DNA of 64,000 nt from an uncultured delta proteobacterium (GTDB lineage: Bacteria; Myxococcota_A; Polyangia; Polyangiales; Polyangiaceae): assembly GCA_963782055.1 (NCBI GenBank), contig CAWAIF010000003.1:1856001-1920000 (forward strand), in the 5' to 3' direction. Shown here one piece after another: positions 1-9,093 of this stretch. The notes beneath the pieces were generated by a model. It had not been told where the DNA came from and made no database searches. It worked only from the letters and a program-made list of their open reading frames with translations. Both the position numbers and the translations under genes were made by a program. Positions within the stretch are counted from its first letter, which is position 1. Each line of letters begins with the position of its first letter.

Positions 1-536
1 GTGATGGTGCTCTTGCCCACCGCCGGTGGCACGGCGGTGCTGCCGCACTGGCTCGCCGCCGAGCGCGTGGCGTCGTCGCAGCTCCCGTCGGCGTTGGTCG
101 TCGCCTCTTCCACGGCGTAGAGCCCAGGCGTCTCCGGCCTGCACGTGCGCTGCAGGTAGAGCGCGAACTGCACCAGCGGCGGGTCGGGGTTGGCGGTGAC
201 GGGCACCCCCGGCGGGGTGACGTCCGGCGGGAGCGCCATCTTGAGCGGCTGCCCGAGCATCGTCGTGCGCACGGTGGTGACGTCGTTGACGAGGATGGAC
301 GCGCCGTCGCTGAAGTTCTGGAGGTCGGAGCTGCGCTGGATGCGCAGGGTGACGGTGTTGCGGTAGGGCGAGGCGGCGAAGAAGTCCGGCTGCAGGTCGA
401 ATTTGCCCGACCAGCAGTCGGGCACGAAGAGGGTCCCGGTGACCGAGCCCTGCCCGCCGCCCACCGTGCAGGAAGCCACCAGGGGCGCGATCGCCACGGC
501 GGCCACCACCCCGACGAGGGCGCGACGGCCGATCAC
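1..536 (-). CDS. Hypothetical lipoprotein (runs off the window edge)
   Basis: Not in the ORF track. GTG at 536 overlaps the mnmA stop (GTGA). Reads MIGRRALVGVVAAVAIAPLVASC (signal peptide plus lipobox Cys) then TVGGGQGSVTGTLFVPDCWSGKFDLQPDFFAA..., open to base 1. Confidence 0.75.
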   Translation of the reverse strand, partial: MIGRRALVGVVAAVAIAPLVASCTVGGGQGSVTGTLFVPDCWSGKFDLQPDFFAASPYRNTVTLRIQRSSDLQNFSDGASILVNDVTTVRTTMLGQPLKMALPPDVTPPGVPVTANPDPPLVQFALYLQRTCRPETPGLYAVEEATTNADGSCDDATRSAASQCGSTAVPPAVGKSTI

Positions 537-1633
537 GCGCGCGCCTCCCCGCCGGCGCGAGGGCCGCGCGCGGAGGCGATGCGGCCGCCACCGAGCACGC
601 GGTCGCCGTCGTAGAAGACCGCCACCTGGCCGCGCGTCACGGCGCGCGCCGGTTCGGCGAAGCGCACCAGCGCCCCGCCCGCGTGGGGTTCGACCGTGGC
701 AGCCACTCCACGATGACGATACCGCACACGGACCGCCGCCGGTAGCGGCAGGCGAGCGCCGGGCGCGAGCACCAGGTCAGCGATCTCTGCGCTCTCGGCG
801 AGCAGGCCGGCCTCCGCGCCGAGGTGCACCGTCCCGCTCGGCGCGTCGATGTGCGTCACGAACGCCGGAGCCCCCAGCGCGACGCCGAGCCCCTTGCGCT
901 GCCCGACGGTGAAGCGGTGCACGCCCTCGTGCGTCCCGACGACGCGTCCGGCCGCGTCCACGACGGGCCCCGGCCGGACGCGACCCTCCGCGCGCTCCTC
1001 CACGAACCGCGCGTACGCCCCCCTGCCTTCGCCGACGAAGCAGAGCTCCTGGCTCTCGCCCTTCGTCGCGCCCGGCAGCGCGCGGCGCACCGCCTCCGCG
1101 CGCACCTCGCCCTTGGTGCTCTCGCCCAGCGGGAACATCAGCCGCGCGAGCTGCTCCGGCGGGGTGGCGTAGAGGAAGTAGCTCTGGTCCTTGTCCGGAT
1201 CGAGCCCGGCGAGCAGCGCGGTCGTCCCGCCGTCCGCCGCGGTCCGCGCGTAGTGACCCGTCGCTACGTGGGACGCGCCGAGGCGATCGGCCAGGCCGAA
1301 CAGCTCCCCCAGCTTCACGCCGCGGTTGCACGCCGTGCAGGGGCTGGGCGTCTCGCCGGCGAGGTACGCCTCGACGAACGGCTCGACGACCTTCTCGGCG
1401 AAGAGCGCGCGGCGGTCGAAGGTGAAGTGCGGGAAGCCCAATGCGTCGGCCACGCGCCGCGCGTCGTACTGGTCCTCCGGCGCGCAGCAGCGCGCGTGCG
1501 AGCCGGCGCCCTTTTCCGGGTAGTCCCAGAGGTGCAGGGTGCAGCCGACGACGTCGTGGCCCTGGTCGCGCAGGCGCGCCGCCGCCACCGACGAATCGAC
1601 GCCGCCGCTCATCGCCACCAGCACCCGCGCCAT
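533..1633 (-). CDS. mnmA: tRNA 2-thiouridine(34) synthase MnmA
   Basis: AMSGGVDS PP-loop, TPSPCTACN, ATGHYAR, KDQSYFL, ESQELCF, FTVGQRKG and GQVAVFY motifs. Confidence 0.97.
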   Translation of the reverse strand: MARVLVAMSGGVDSSVAAARLRDQGHDVVGCTLHLWDYPEKGAGSHARCCAPEDQYDARRVADALGFPHFTFDRRALFAEKVVEPFVEAYLAGETPSPCTACNRGVKLGELFGLADRLGASHVATGHYARTAADGGTTALLAGLDPDKDQSYFLYATPPEQLARLMFPLGESTKGEVRAEAVRRALPGATKGESQELCFVGEGRGAYARFVEERAEGRVRPGPVVDAAGRVVGTHEGVHRFTVGQRKGLGVALGAPAFVTHIDAPSGTVHLGAEAGLLAESAEIADLVLAPGARLPLPAAVRVRYRHRGVAATVEPHAGGALVRFAEPARAVTRGQVAVFYDGDRVLGGGRIASARGPRAGGEARA

Positions 1634-1695
1634 GCGGAAGAGGTAGCACGCAACGGCCGGAGGGGCCGGGTCGATGGGGCACCAGGAGGTCTCTC

Positions 1696-2028
1696 ATGTC
1701 CATTCGAAGCATCGGCGAGCGCGCGCCTGCCATCCCCTCGACCCCGACGCCCGCCGCGCACCCGCACGCGGCCGCGCACCGCAAGCCCGCGCACGCCCCG
1801 GCCGAGCCGTTCGCGCGGCTGGTCGCGGGGCTGGGCCACGAGCTCAACGCCGGCGAGCACACCGTGCAGCACGCCATCGCCGCCGGTGGCGCCGGGCGCG
1901 ACCTGGACCCCGGGGAGCTCATCGCCCTGCAGGCGGGCGTCTACCGCTACGGCGAGGCGGTCGACCTGGCGTCCAAGCTCGTCGATCACGCGGCCACCGG
2001 GATCAAGTCGGTCGTGCAGGGGCAGTGA
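1696..2028 (+). CDS. Small protein resembling a type III secretion inner-rod (SctI/YscI/HrpB2-like) C-terminal domain
   Basis: AGGAGG RBS at 1684 and ATG at 1696. Disordered Pro/Ala/His N-terminus, then C-terminal LDPGELIALQAGVYRYGEAVDLASKLVDHAATGIKSVVQGQ, matching the rod/needle helical-hairpin pattern. Confidence 0.7.
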   Translation: MSIRSIGERAPAIPSTPTPAAHPHAAAHRKPAHAPAEPFARLVAGLGHELNAGEHTVQHAIAAGGAGRDLDPGELIALQAGVYRYGEAVDLASKLVDHAATGIKSVVQGQ

Positions 2029-2081
2029 CCTCGCCCCGCCCCGTCCTTTGCAGGAGCGGGGGGAGTTGGTAAACGCGGGGC

Positions 2082-3536
2082 GTGGATCGCTCGCCTCTGG
2101 ATCGTTTCGTCGCGTCGTCCGCGCCGGCGGTGACCGACGGGCGCGGCGTGCACTCCTACGCCGACCTCGCCACGATCGCCGATCGCGTGGCGGCCCGGCT
2201 CGGGGACGCGCGGGGCGCCCGCGTCGGCCTGCTGGCGTCGCCCGGCGCGAGCTTCGTCGGGGCGCTCTACGGCATCTGGCGCGCGGGCGGCTGCGGGCTG
2301 GTGCTCTCGCCGCTGCACCCGGCGGCGGAGAGCGCGTACTTCAGCGAGGACGCCGGGCTGCGCACCATCCTCGTCACGCCGGACCAGCGGGCGCGGGCGG
2401 AGTCGTTCGCCGGCGAGCGCGTGCTCGTCGACGTGGATGCGCTGCCGGCGGGGGCGCCGGCGTCGCCCGCGGCGCCGGCGGCCGGCGATCCCGCGCTGAT
2501 GCTCTACACCAGCGGCACGACCGGCAAGCCGAAGGGCGCGGTGCTCACGCACGGCAACCTCGCCACGCAGCAGCGGCTCGTGGGCGAGGCGTGGGGCTGG
2601 TCCAGCGCGGATGTCCTGCTCCACACCCTCCCGCTCCACCACATGCACGGCCTGTGCATCGCGCTGCTCTCCGCGCTCGGCGCGGGCGCCTCCGCGCGCA
2701 TGCTCCCCGGCTTCGACGCGGCGCGCGTGTGGGAGGCGATGGGCGAGTCCACCGTCTTCATGGCGGTGCCGACGATCTACGCGAAGCTCTTCGCCGCGGA
2801 GGCGGCGGCGGACGAGCCGACGCGCGCGCGATGGATGCAGAATGCAAAGAATCTGCGCCTCGCCACCAGCGGCAGCGCGGCGCTGCCGGTCACGCTCGCC
2901 GAGCGGTGGCGCGGCATCGCGGGCGTCATCCCGCTCGAGCGCTACGGCATGACCGAGATCGGCGTGGGGATCTCCAACCCGCTGCGCGGCGAGCGGCGCG
3001 CGGGCACGGTGGGGCTGCCGCTGCCCACCGTGGAGACGCGCGTCGTCGGCGAGGACGGCGCGGACGCGGAGACGGGCGAGCTCTGGGTGCGCGGGCCGAG
3101 CGTCTTCGCCGGCTATCACGGCAAGCCGGAGGCGACGAAGGCCGCCTTCGCCGACGGCTGGTTCAAGACGGGCGACACGGTGACGCGAGGGGAGGGCGGC
3201 TACTTCCGCATCCTCGGCCGCACCAGCGTCGACATCCTCAAGAGCGGCGGCTACAAGCTGAGCGCCCTGGAGATCGAGGAGGCGCTGCGCGCGCACCCGG
3301 AGGTGGCCGACGTCGGCGTGGTCGGCATCCCCGACGAGACGTGGGGCGACCGCGTGGTGGCGTGCGTGGTCGCGCGGGGAGAGGTGGGCGAGGAGGAGCT
3401 GCGCGCGTTCGCCAAGGAGCGGCTCGCCTCCTACAAGTGCCCCAAGCGCGTCCTCTTCTTCGACGACCTGCCCCGCAACGCGATGGGCAAGGTGGTCAAG
3501 CCGGAGCTCGCGCGCATCGCGAAGGCCCGCGCCTGA
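2082..3536 (+). CDS. Acyl-CoA synthetase, malonyl-CoA synthetase (MatB/ACSF3)-like
   Basis: YTSGTTGKPKG AMP-binding motif, PLHHMHGL, ERYGMTE, GWFKTGD, SGGYKLSALEIE and PRNAMGK. Confidence 0.9.
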   Translation: MDRSPLDRFVASSAPAVTDGRGVHSYADLATIADRVAARLGDARGARVGLLASPGASFVGALYGIWRAGGCGLVLSPLHPAAESAYFSEDAGLRTILVTPDQRARAESFAGERVLVDVDALPAGAPASPAAPAAGDPALMLYTSGTTGKPKGAVLTHGNLATQQRLVGEAWGWSSADVLLHTLPLHHMHGLCIALLSALGAGASARMLPGFDAARVWEAMGESTVFMAVPTIYAKLFAAEAAADEPTRARWMQNAKNLRLATSGSAALPVTLAERWRGIAGVIPLERYGMTEIGVGISNPLRGERRAGTVGLPLPTVETRVVGEDGADAETGELWVRGPSVFAGYHGKPEATKAAFADGWFKTGDTVTRGEGGYFRILGRTSVDILKSGGYKLSALEIEEALRAHPEVADVGVVGIPDETWGDRVVACVVARGEVGEEELRAFAKERLASYKCPKRVLFFDDLPRNAMGKVVKPELARIAKARA

Positions 3537-3661
3537 GGGGATTCGCCCGAACGGCGCGTCGGAGGCCCCGACGCGTAGCGGGGGACGTGGGCGGGGAGGG
3601 GAGGCGGGTGCGGCGGGCCGGCGTGTCGCGGGGTGGTGCGGCGCGTGCCGCCCCTCCCCGA
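3537..3661. repeat. REP-like palindromic intergenic repeat between convergent genes
   Basis: Stems cgcgtcgg/ccgacgcg and cggggagggg/cccctccccg. Shares blocks with 16482-16552 in reverse orientation. Confidence 0.6.
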
Positions 3662-4204
3662 CTAAAGCCCGTGCAGGTGGGCGCGCAGCTCGTCGCTCTT
3701 GCACAGGCCGGTGCGGCGGAAGACGACGTGCCCCCCCCGGTCCAGGATGACGACGGTGGGGACGCTGTGCACGTCGCCGAGCGGGCCGCCGCCGGCGATC
3801 GTCGCCTCGTCGGCCATCCCGACGGGGAACTTCACCTTCATCGCGTCGCGGTAGGCCTCGACCAGCTCTCGCGTGGAGGGGTCCTGCAGGGCGATGAGTG
3901 CATAATACACAGAATCGCCGTCGTGCCGGGACATGGGGACGAGGAAGCTCACCTGCGCCTGGCTCACGATGTCGCCGGTGGTGATGAAGGCGAGCACCGC
4001 GGGGCGCCCGCGCGCGGCGTCGGAGGCGACGGGGCGCGCGTCGAGGGAGTCGTAGCGGAAGCTGACCGGCCCGTCCTCCTGCGGCGTGGACATGCCGGGG
4101 ACGGGCGCGGCCTTCTCGCTCGCGCAGCCGCAGAGGACGAGCGCCGCGACGGCGGCCGCGCGAGGGAGCCTAGTCCTCGCCCTTGTGGCCCACGAAACCA
4201 TCAT
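3662..4204 (-). CDS. Thioredoxin-fold (TlpA/redoxin-like) lipoprotein lacking CxxC
   Basis: Lipobox LCGC, SLDARPVASDAARGRPAVLAFITT and the cis-Pro motif SVPTVVILDRGG. Start could be 4204 or 4201. Confidence 0.75.
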   Translation of the reverse strand: MMVSWATRARTRLPRAAAVAALVLCGCASEKAAPVPGMSTPQEDGPVSFRYDSLDARPVASDAARGRPAVLAFITTGDIVSQAQVSFLVPMSRHDGDSVYYALIALQDPSTRELVEAYRDAMKVKFPVGMADEATIAGGGPLGDVHSVPTVVILDRGGHVVFRRTGLCKSDELRAHLHGL

Positions 4205-4814
4205 CCCTTTCGGCGAAGAGCACATTGAACGTCGTCAGCGATCCGTAGCACTGCGTGACGTACTGCTGCATCTGGACCTTCTCCTCGTCGTCCAGCTTGG
4301 CGCTGCCGTTGATCTTCTGCTCCAGCACCCGCAGCTTGTCGCGGATCATGACGATCTTGTGGAAGAAGGTCTCGATGGGCATCGTCTTGTCGGCGGTGCC
4401 TTCCCGGCCGGGCTTGAGGATCACCTCTCCGCCCTTCCAGCGGGCGCCCAGCGTCACCACGCTCACGCCCAGCTCGTCGCGGATGACCTCGCGCAGCACT
4501 CTCCGGAATTCGTCGGCGTCCATGTCCAGCAGCTCCTCGGGGATGGTGATGGGCTCACGGGGTGGTTCTTGCTCGGTCCGGGCGGGGCCGCGCTGCCGCG
4601 GGCTCGTCGCGCGCTCGCGCCGCGCCGGCTTGGCGGTGAAGGTGCCCTTGCGAACGTACTGCGAGCAGGTGTTGTCGGCGTAGAGGGGCGCGGGCCAGAC
4701 GCCGAGCAGGCACTCGCCGCGGCGGCGGACCTCGCCGTTCTGGTCGATGACCTCGCTGACGCGCACGAAGCGGGCGCAGGTGCCACAGCGGCCGTCCAGC
4801 GGGTCGTCGCTCAA
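4170..4814 (-). CDS. Conserved hypothetical protein with N-terminal Cys4 motif
   Basis: TTG at 4814 overlaps the upstream TGA. CGTC...C...C is followed by a globular/coiled region (IETFFHKIVMIRDKLRVLEQKIN...QQYVTQCYGSLTTFNVLF). Strong GC3 bias. Confidence 0.8.
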   Translation of the reverse strand: MSDDPLDGRCGTCARFVRVSEVIDQNGEVRRRGECLLGVWPAPLYADNTCSQYVRKGTFTAKPARRERATSPRQRGPARTEQEPPREPITIPEELLDMDADEFRRVLREVIRDELGVSVVTLGARWKGGEVILKPGREGTADKTMPIETFFHKIVMIRDKLRVLEQKINGSAKLDDEEKVQMQQYVTQCYGSLTTFNVLFAERDDGFVGHKGED

Positions 4815-5488
4815 GGCGGGGCTCCCGCGAGGGCGCCCTGCTCCGGGGAGAAGAGCCGCGCGAAGGCGGTGACGGCGGGCGGCGCATCGCGCCCGGCGCG
4901 CCTGTCGGAGAGGATGGCGTGGGCGAGGTCCTCCACCACGAAGCCGAGCGGCACGTTCTGCAGGGCGACGCCCTCCACCTCGGTGCGATCCACGTCGTCC
5001 GCGAGACAGAGCGGGTCGTGGCGGGCGGAGACGATGCCCTCGTCCGGCTCGTAGCGGCACTGCAGCGTCTCGACGAAGCGCAGGTAGAGCGGGACGACGA
5101 CGACGCACACGTGCTCGCCGCGCTCGCCGTGCCCGAGCCACGCGCGCGTCTGGCCGCCGAGCGGCGCGCCCGCGCACTCCTCGGCGATGCGGCGGCGGCG
5201 GACGTCGTCGCCCTCCACGAAGAGCAGCGGCGCGTAGAGCGCGACGCGCGGCGCGGCGATGGCGTCGGCGTCCGCGCGCAGCGCGTCCAGCCAGGCGTCG
5301 CGGTGCGCGGGCTCCAGCGCATCGTAGGCGAGCGCCGCGGCGAGCGCGGCCTCCGCGTCCTCGGCGAGGGCCCCGAGCCACGAGCGCCACGCCGCGCGCG
5401 CGCGCTCGTCGCCGAGCCGCGAGGCCCAGCGCTCCAGTTCTTCGTCCCCGCGGCCCATGGCGAGGCGAAGCTTAGCGATCTCGGTCAC
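4811..5488 (-). CDS. Hypothetical protein
   Basis: 225-aa ORF, coupled to the next gene and divergent from the sigma factor. Confidence 0.65.
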   Translation of the reverse strand: MTEIAKLRLAMGRGDEELERWASRLGDERARAAWRSWLGALAEDAEAALAAALAYDALEPAHRDAWLDALRADADAIAAPRVALYAPLLFVEGDDVRRRRIAEECAGAPLGGQTRAWLGHGERGEHVCVVVVPLYLRFVETLQCRYEPDEGIVSARHDPLCLADDVDRTEVEGVALQNVPLGFVVEDLAHAILSDRRAGRDAPPAVTAFARLFSPEQGALAGAPP

Positions 5489-5558
5489 GCCGCGGAAGGG
5501 TCGTACGTCGGCCGGTTGCGGTTCCCTTCGCCGCGCCTAAGGGGTAGATCCGAAGGCG

Positions 5559-6263
5559 ATGCCGCTCGCGCCCGCCGACTCTCCCGAGACCCTCGCTCGG
5601 GTCAAGGAAGGGATGGAGCTGGTGGACCTGCTCGCGCGGCAGCTCCGCCGGAACCTCGGGCCGAGCACCGACTACGACGACCTCGCCTCGGCCGGGCGCG
5701 AGGGCCTGCTCGCGGCGGCGCGCAGCTACGACCCTTCGCACGGCGTGCCCTTCCGCCGCTGGGCCAACCTGCGGGTGCGCGGCGCCATGATGGACGCGGT
5801 GCGCTCGCAGAGCGCCCTGCCGCGCCGCGTGTACGCCCAGCTCCGCGCGATGGAGGCCGGCGATCGCGTGGTCGAGGCGGCGAACGAGGACGAGGTGCAG
5901 CGACCGCCCACCGGCGCGGCCGAGGCGGACAGCCGCCTGAGCGGGTACCTCGCCGGCATCGCCACCGCGATGACCCTCGGCGTCATCTCTCCCTCGGCGG
6001 GGCCCGACCCGGACGACGTGCGCGACACGCGGCTGTCGGCGGAGGAGCAGGTGGCCGAGCGGGAGCTGATCGAGCTGGTGCGGTCCGTCGTGGACCAGCA
6101 GCCCGACGCCGAGCGCCATCTGCTGAAGCGCCACTACTTCGACGGCGTGACGTTCGAGCAAGCGGCCAAGGAGATCGGCCTCTCCAAGAGCTGGGCGAGC
6201 CGCATCCACGCGCGCGCCATCGAGGCGCTCACCCGCGAGCTCAGGCGCGTGCACGTGGAGTGA
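5559..6263 (+). CDS. RNA polymerase sigma factor, FliA/WhiG (sigma-28) family
   Basis: Region 2 DDLASAGREGLLAAARSYDPSHGVPFRRWANLRVRGAMMDAVR. Region 4 HTH YFDGVTFEQAAKEIGLSKSWASRIH. Confidence 0.9.
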   Translation: MPLAPADSPETLARVKEGMELVDLLARQLRRNLGPSTDYDDLASAGREGLLAAARSYDPSHGVPFRRWANLRVRGAMMDAVRSQSALPRRVYAQLRAMEAGDRVVEAANEDEVQRPPTGAAEADSRLSGYLAGIATAMTLGVISPSAGPDPDDVRDTRLSAEEQVAERELIELVRSVVDQQPDAERHLLKRHYFDGVTFEQAAKEIGLSKSWASRIHARAIEALTRELRRVHVE

Positions 6264-6383
6264 GCTGGCGGGCCCACCGGGCGACCGCGCACCCGAGCCG
6301 CGGCGGGATTTCGCCCTCGCGCGCCTGGTTTGGGGTATCGTCCCTCCGCCGCGCTCCCGGGGGGAGCTCGGTCACGAGGAGCC

Positions 6384-9071
6384 ATGCTGGAGCATCCGTC
6401 CCTGGGCACGCCGACGCCCAAGCCCGCGAAGTTTCCGCCGCCCGCGCCCGGCAAGAAGCCGAGGATGCCGCGGCTGGAAGCAGCCAAGTTTCCGCCCGAT
6501 GACGACGATCTGCCCGCCGGGCCGCCCGGCGGCATGCCGATGGGCGGGCCCTACGGCGGCGACGACGGCAACTTCAAGCGAGGGGCCACCAAGCCCATCC
6601 TGATCGTCGTCGGCCTCCTGATCGCGATCGGCGCCGTGGTGCTGGCGATCTTCGCGGCCAAGGGCGAGTCGGAGAAGATGACGGTCGACCAGATCGCCAA
6701 CGAGCGAAAGGCGATCGCCCTGCTCCCGAAGGCGGAGCAGATGCCCAAGTGGCGCGCGTGGGCCGCCCGCGACGACGCCGAGCCGCTGCAGGAGGACGCC
6801 TTCGCCAACCTGGCCTGGGCGAAGGACAAGCCGGGTCTGAAGATCATCATCGACAAGGGCCTCGCCTCCAACGACCACCGCGTGCGTGCGCGCGCCGCCC
6901 AGGCGATCGCCGAGTACGGCTCGCCGATGGCGGACGCCGCCAAGCCCGCGCTGCTCAAGGACCTGAAGGACGCCGACTCCACCGACAAGCCGCACATCTG
7001 CTGGGCGCTCGCCGTCCTGAAGGAGCCCACCGCCTTCGACGAGGTGCTCAAGGAGTACCGGGTCGGTCACCTGGCCTCCATCCAGCGACTGGACGGCTTC
7101 CCCGCGTTCGACCCCGAGGTGCTCGCCGGGATGGTCTCCCTCGACAAGCTGGCGAGCTACGCCAACGACCCGAGCGACGCCGTGCGGCAGCTCATCGCCA
7201 CCATCCTCTCCAAGACGGGCGACGCCCAGTGGACGAGCACCCTCACCAAGCTGGTGCAGGACAAGCAGGTGGAGGTCGCGCGCGAGGCGGCCGTCGGTCT
7301 GGGCAAGATCGCCAACGAGCAGTCCATCGCGCCGCTGCTGGCCGCGCTCAACCGCGCGGACAAGGACTCCCGCCCCAAGTTCCTCGAGGCACTGCGTGAC
7401 GGCGTCGGCGCCACCGGGCTCGTCCTGGCGCTCCGCAGCGTGCAGCCGGGCCACGAGTTCTACCAGACCAAGCAGATCTTCGACATGCTCAAGGAGCTGG
7501 AGGATCCCCGCGGCGGCGACGCGCTGGTGAAGTACCTCGACACGCCGGGCATCCACCCGCACTGGAAGACGGAGGCCGCGCTGCGTCTCGCCGAGATCGG
7601 CGACCCGCGCGCGGTGCCCTTCCTCGCGTGGCGCCTCGCCCAGGACCCGGTGAAACTCTACGGCAAGGACCCGAAGGAGGAGATCCAGATGATGGCTCGC
7701 GACGACAACGAGCGCGTCGTCGCGGCCCGCATGCTGGCGGACCTCGCCATCCTCTACCCGGCCAAGCGGCCGGAGTTCCTGACCGAGGCCGAGGACGCGA
7801 CGATGGGCTGGGCGACGTCGCACCCGCAGCCGCACGCCAACGCGCTGCGCTTCCTGGCCGCCGCCGGGTCGACGAAGGTCCTGCCCGATCTGCGCAAGTG
7901 GGCCAACCCGTCGGACCCGCTCCCCAAGGAGGGTCAGCAGGACTTCCCGCAGTCGTGGGCGACGGCGCAGAGCGCGCTGCGCTACATCGGCTGGATGCAG
8001 GACGAGCAGAGCTGGTCGCTCCTGGAGCGGCAGCTCCACCGCCGCCCGCCGAAGGTGGACGCCACGATGTCCTCGCTCCAGCAGGGCGGCCTCGCCGTGC
8101 TCGGCATGACGCTGCGCGCCCTCGGCGTCGGCGCCTCCGATGGCTTCGCCCAGTGGGGGAGTGACAAGGCCTACCCCGACCTGGTCAAGTACATCGAGGA
8201 CCCGATGGAGAACGAGCAGGCCCGCTACGAGGCGTGCTTCGCGCTCTCCTGGGTCGCAAACGACGACCAGATGAAGGAGGTCGTGAAGAAGGTCCACGAC
8301 TTCAACAAGCCCGACCCGGCCAGCCAGCTGGTGCGCAGCTGTTACCTGGAGTCCCTCATCCACCGGCCGGTGCCCGCCGCCAACAGCGGGCTGGTCGATC
8401 TCATCACAGCGGAGGCCGACCCGCAGGTGGCCAAGCAGGCCGCGCGCGCCATCGGCTTCGGGGGCGTGGACCAGAGCGTCGTCCCCAAGCTGATGGACAT
8501 GCTGAAGGACAACTCGCTGCGCAACTACGCGATGCTCGCGCTGCTCATCGGCGCGGACCCCGACACCACGTCGCGCGCGCTGGCCACCTACAACGACGCC
8601 CCGCCGGAGGCGATGGAGGAGCTCAAGAGCTTCTACGATCAGAGCTTCGGCTACTGGAGCGACAAGAACTACGAGAACGGCGACGTCGCCCGGTGGATCG
8701 CCAACGCGGAGGCTTGCCGCCACGTGAAGGTGAAGAACGTGCTGCAGGACTGGCCGAGCATGATCCTCAAGCGGGCCATCCAGGGGATCGAGTTCGACAA
8801 CGGGCCGCACTCGATCACGCGCGTGCAGTTCCGCGTGCGCCTCATCGCCGACGCCAAGGGGCAGGACGCCAAGAAGCGCGAGGACGCGGTGGCGATCCTC
8901 AAGTTCATGCGCGAAAAGGGCGTGCTGATGGCGCTGCGCACCCAGCCGCCGCCGCTGGGCGAGCTCGCGCGCAAGGCCTTCTTCGAGGTCATGAACCCCA
9001 AGCTCACCGACCAGAGCATCCCCGAGTCGCAGAAGGCCGCGAGCGGCGGCAACGTGCTCCCGCCTCCGTGA
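6384..9071 (+). CDS. HEAT/PBS-lyase repeat protein with single N-terminal TM anchor
   Basis: GAGGAG RBS, Pro-rich N-terminal tail, TM ILIVVGLLIAIGAVVLAIFAA, and repeats such as VRARAAQAIAEYG, VAREAAVGLGKI and AALRLAEIGDPRAVP. Confidence 0.88.
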   Translation: MLEHPSLGTPTPKPAKFPPPAPGKKPRMPRLEAAKFPPDDDDLPAGPPGGMPMGGPYGGDDGNFKRGATKPILIVVGLLIAIGAVVLAIFAAKGESEKMTVDQIANERKAIALLPKAEQMPKWRAWAARDDAEPLQEDAFANLAWAKDKPGLKIIIDKGLASNDHRVRARAAQAIAEYGSPMADAAKPALLKDLKDADSTDKPHICWALAVLKEPTAFDEVLKEYRVGHLASIQRLDGFPAFDPEVLAGMVSLDKLASYANDPSDAVRQLIATILSKTGDAQWTSTLTKLVQDKQVEVAREAAVGLGKIANEQSIAPLLAALNRADKDSRPKFLEALRDGVGATGLVLALRSVQPGHEFYQTKQIFDMLKELEDPRGGDALVKYLDTPGIHPHWKTEAALRLAEIGDPRAVPFLAWRLAQDPVKLYGKDPKEEIQMMARDDNERVVAARMLADLAILYPAKRPEFLTEAEDATMGWATSHPQPHANALRFLAAAGSTKVLPDLRKWANPSDPLPKEGQQDFPQSWATAQSALRYIGWMQDEQSWSLLERQLHRRPPKVDATMSSLQQGGLAVLGMTLRALGVGASDGFAQWGSDKAYPDLVKYIEDPMENEQARYEACFALSWVANDDQMKEVVKKVHDFNKPDPASQLVRSCYLESLIHRPVPAANSGLVDLITAEADPQVAKQAARAIGFGGVDQSVVPKLMDMLKDNSLRNYAMLALLIGADPDTTSRALATYNDAPPEAMEELKSFYDQSFGYWSDKNYENGDVARWIANAEACRHVKVKNVLQDWPSMILKRAIQGIEFDNGPHSITRVQFRVRLIADAKGQDAKKREDAVAILKFMREKGVLMALRTQPPPLGELARKAFFEVMNPKLTDQSIPESQKAASGGNVLPPP

Positions 9072-9093
9072 GGGCACGTTCGGGTCGTCTCCG

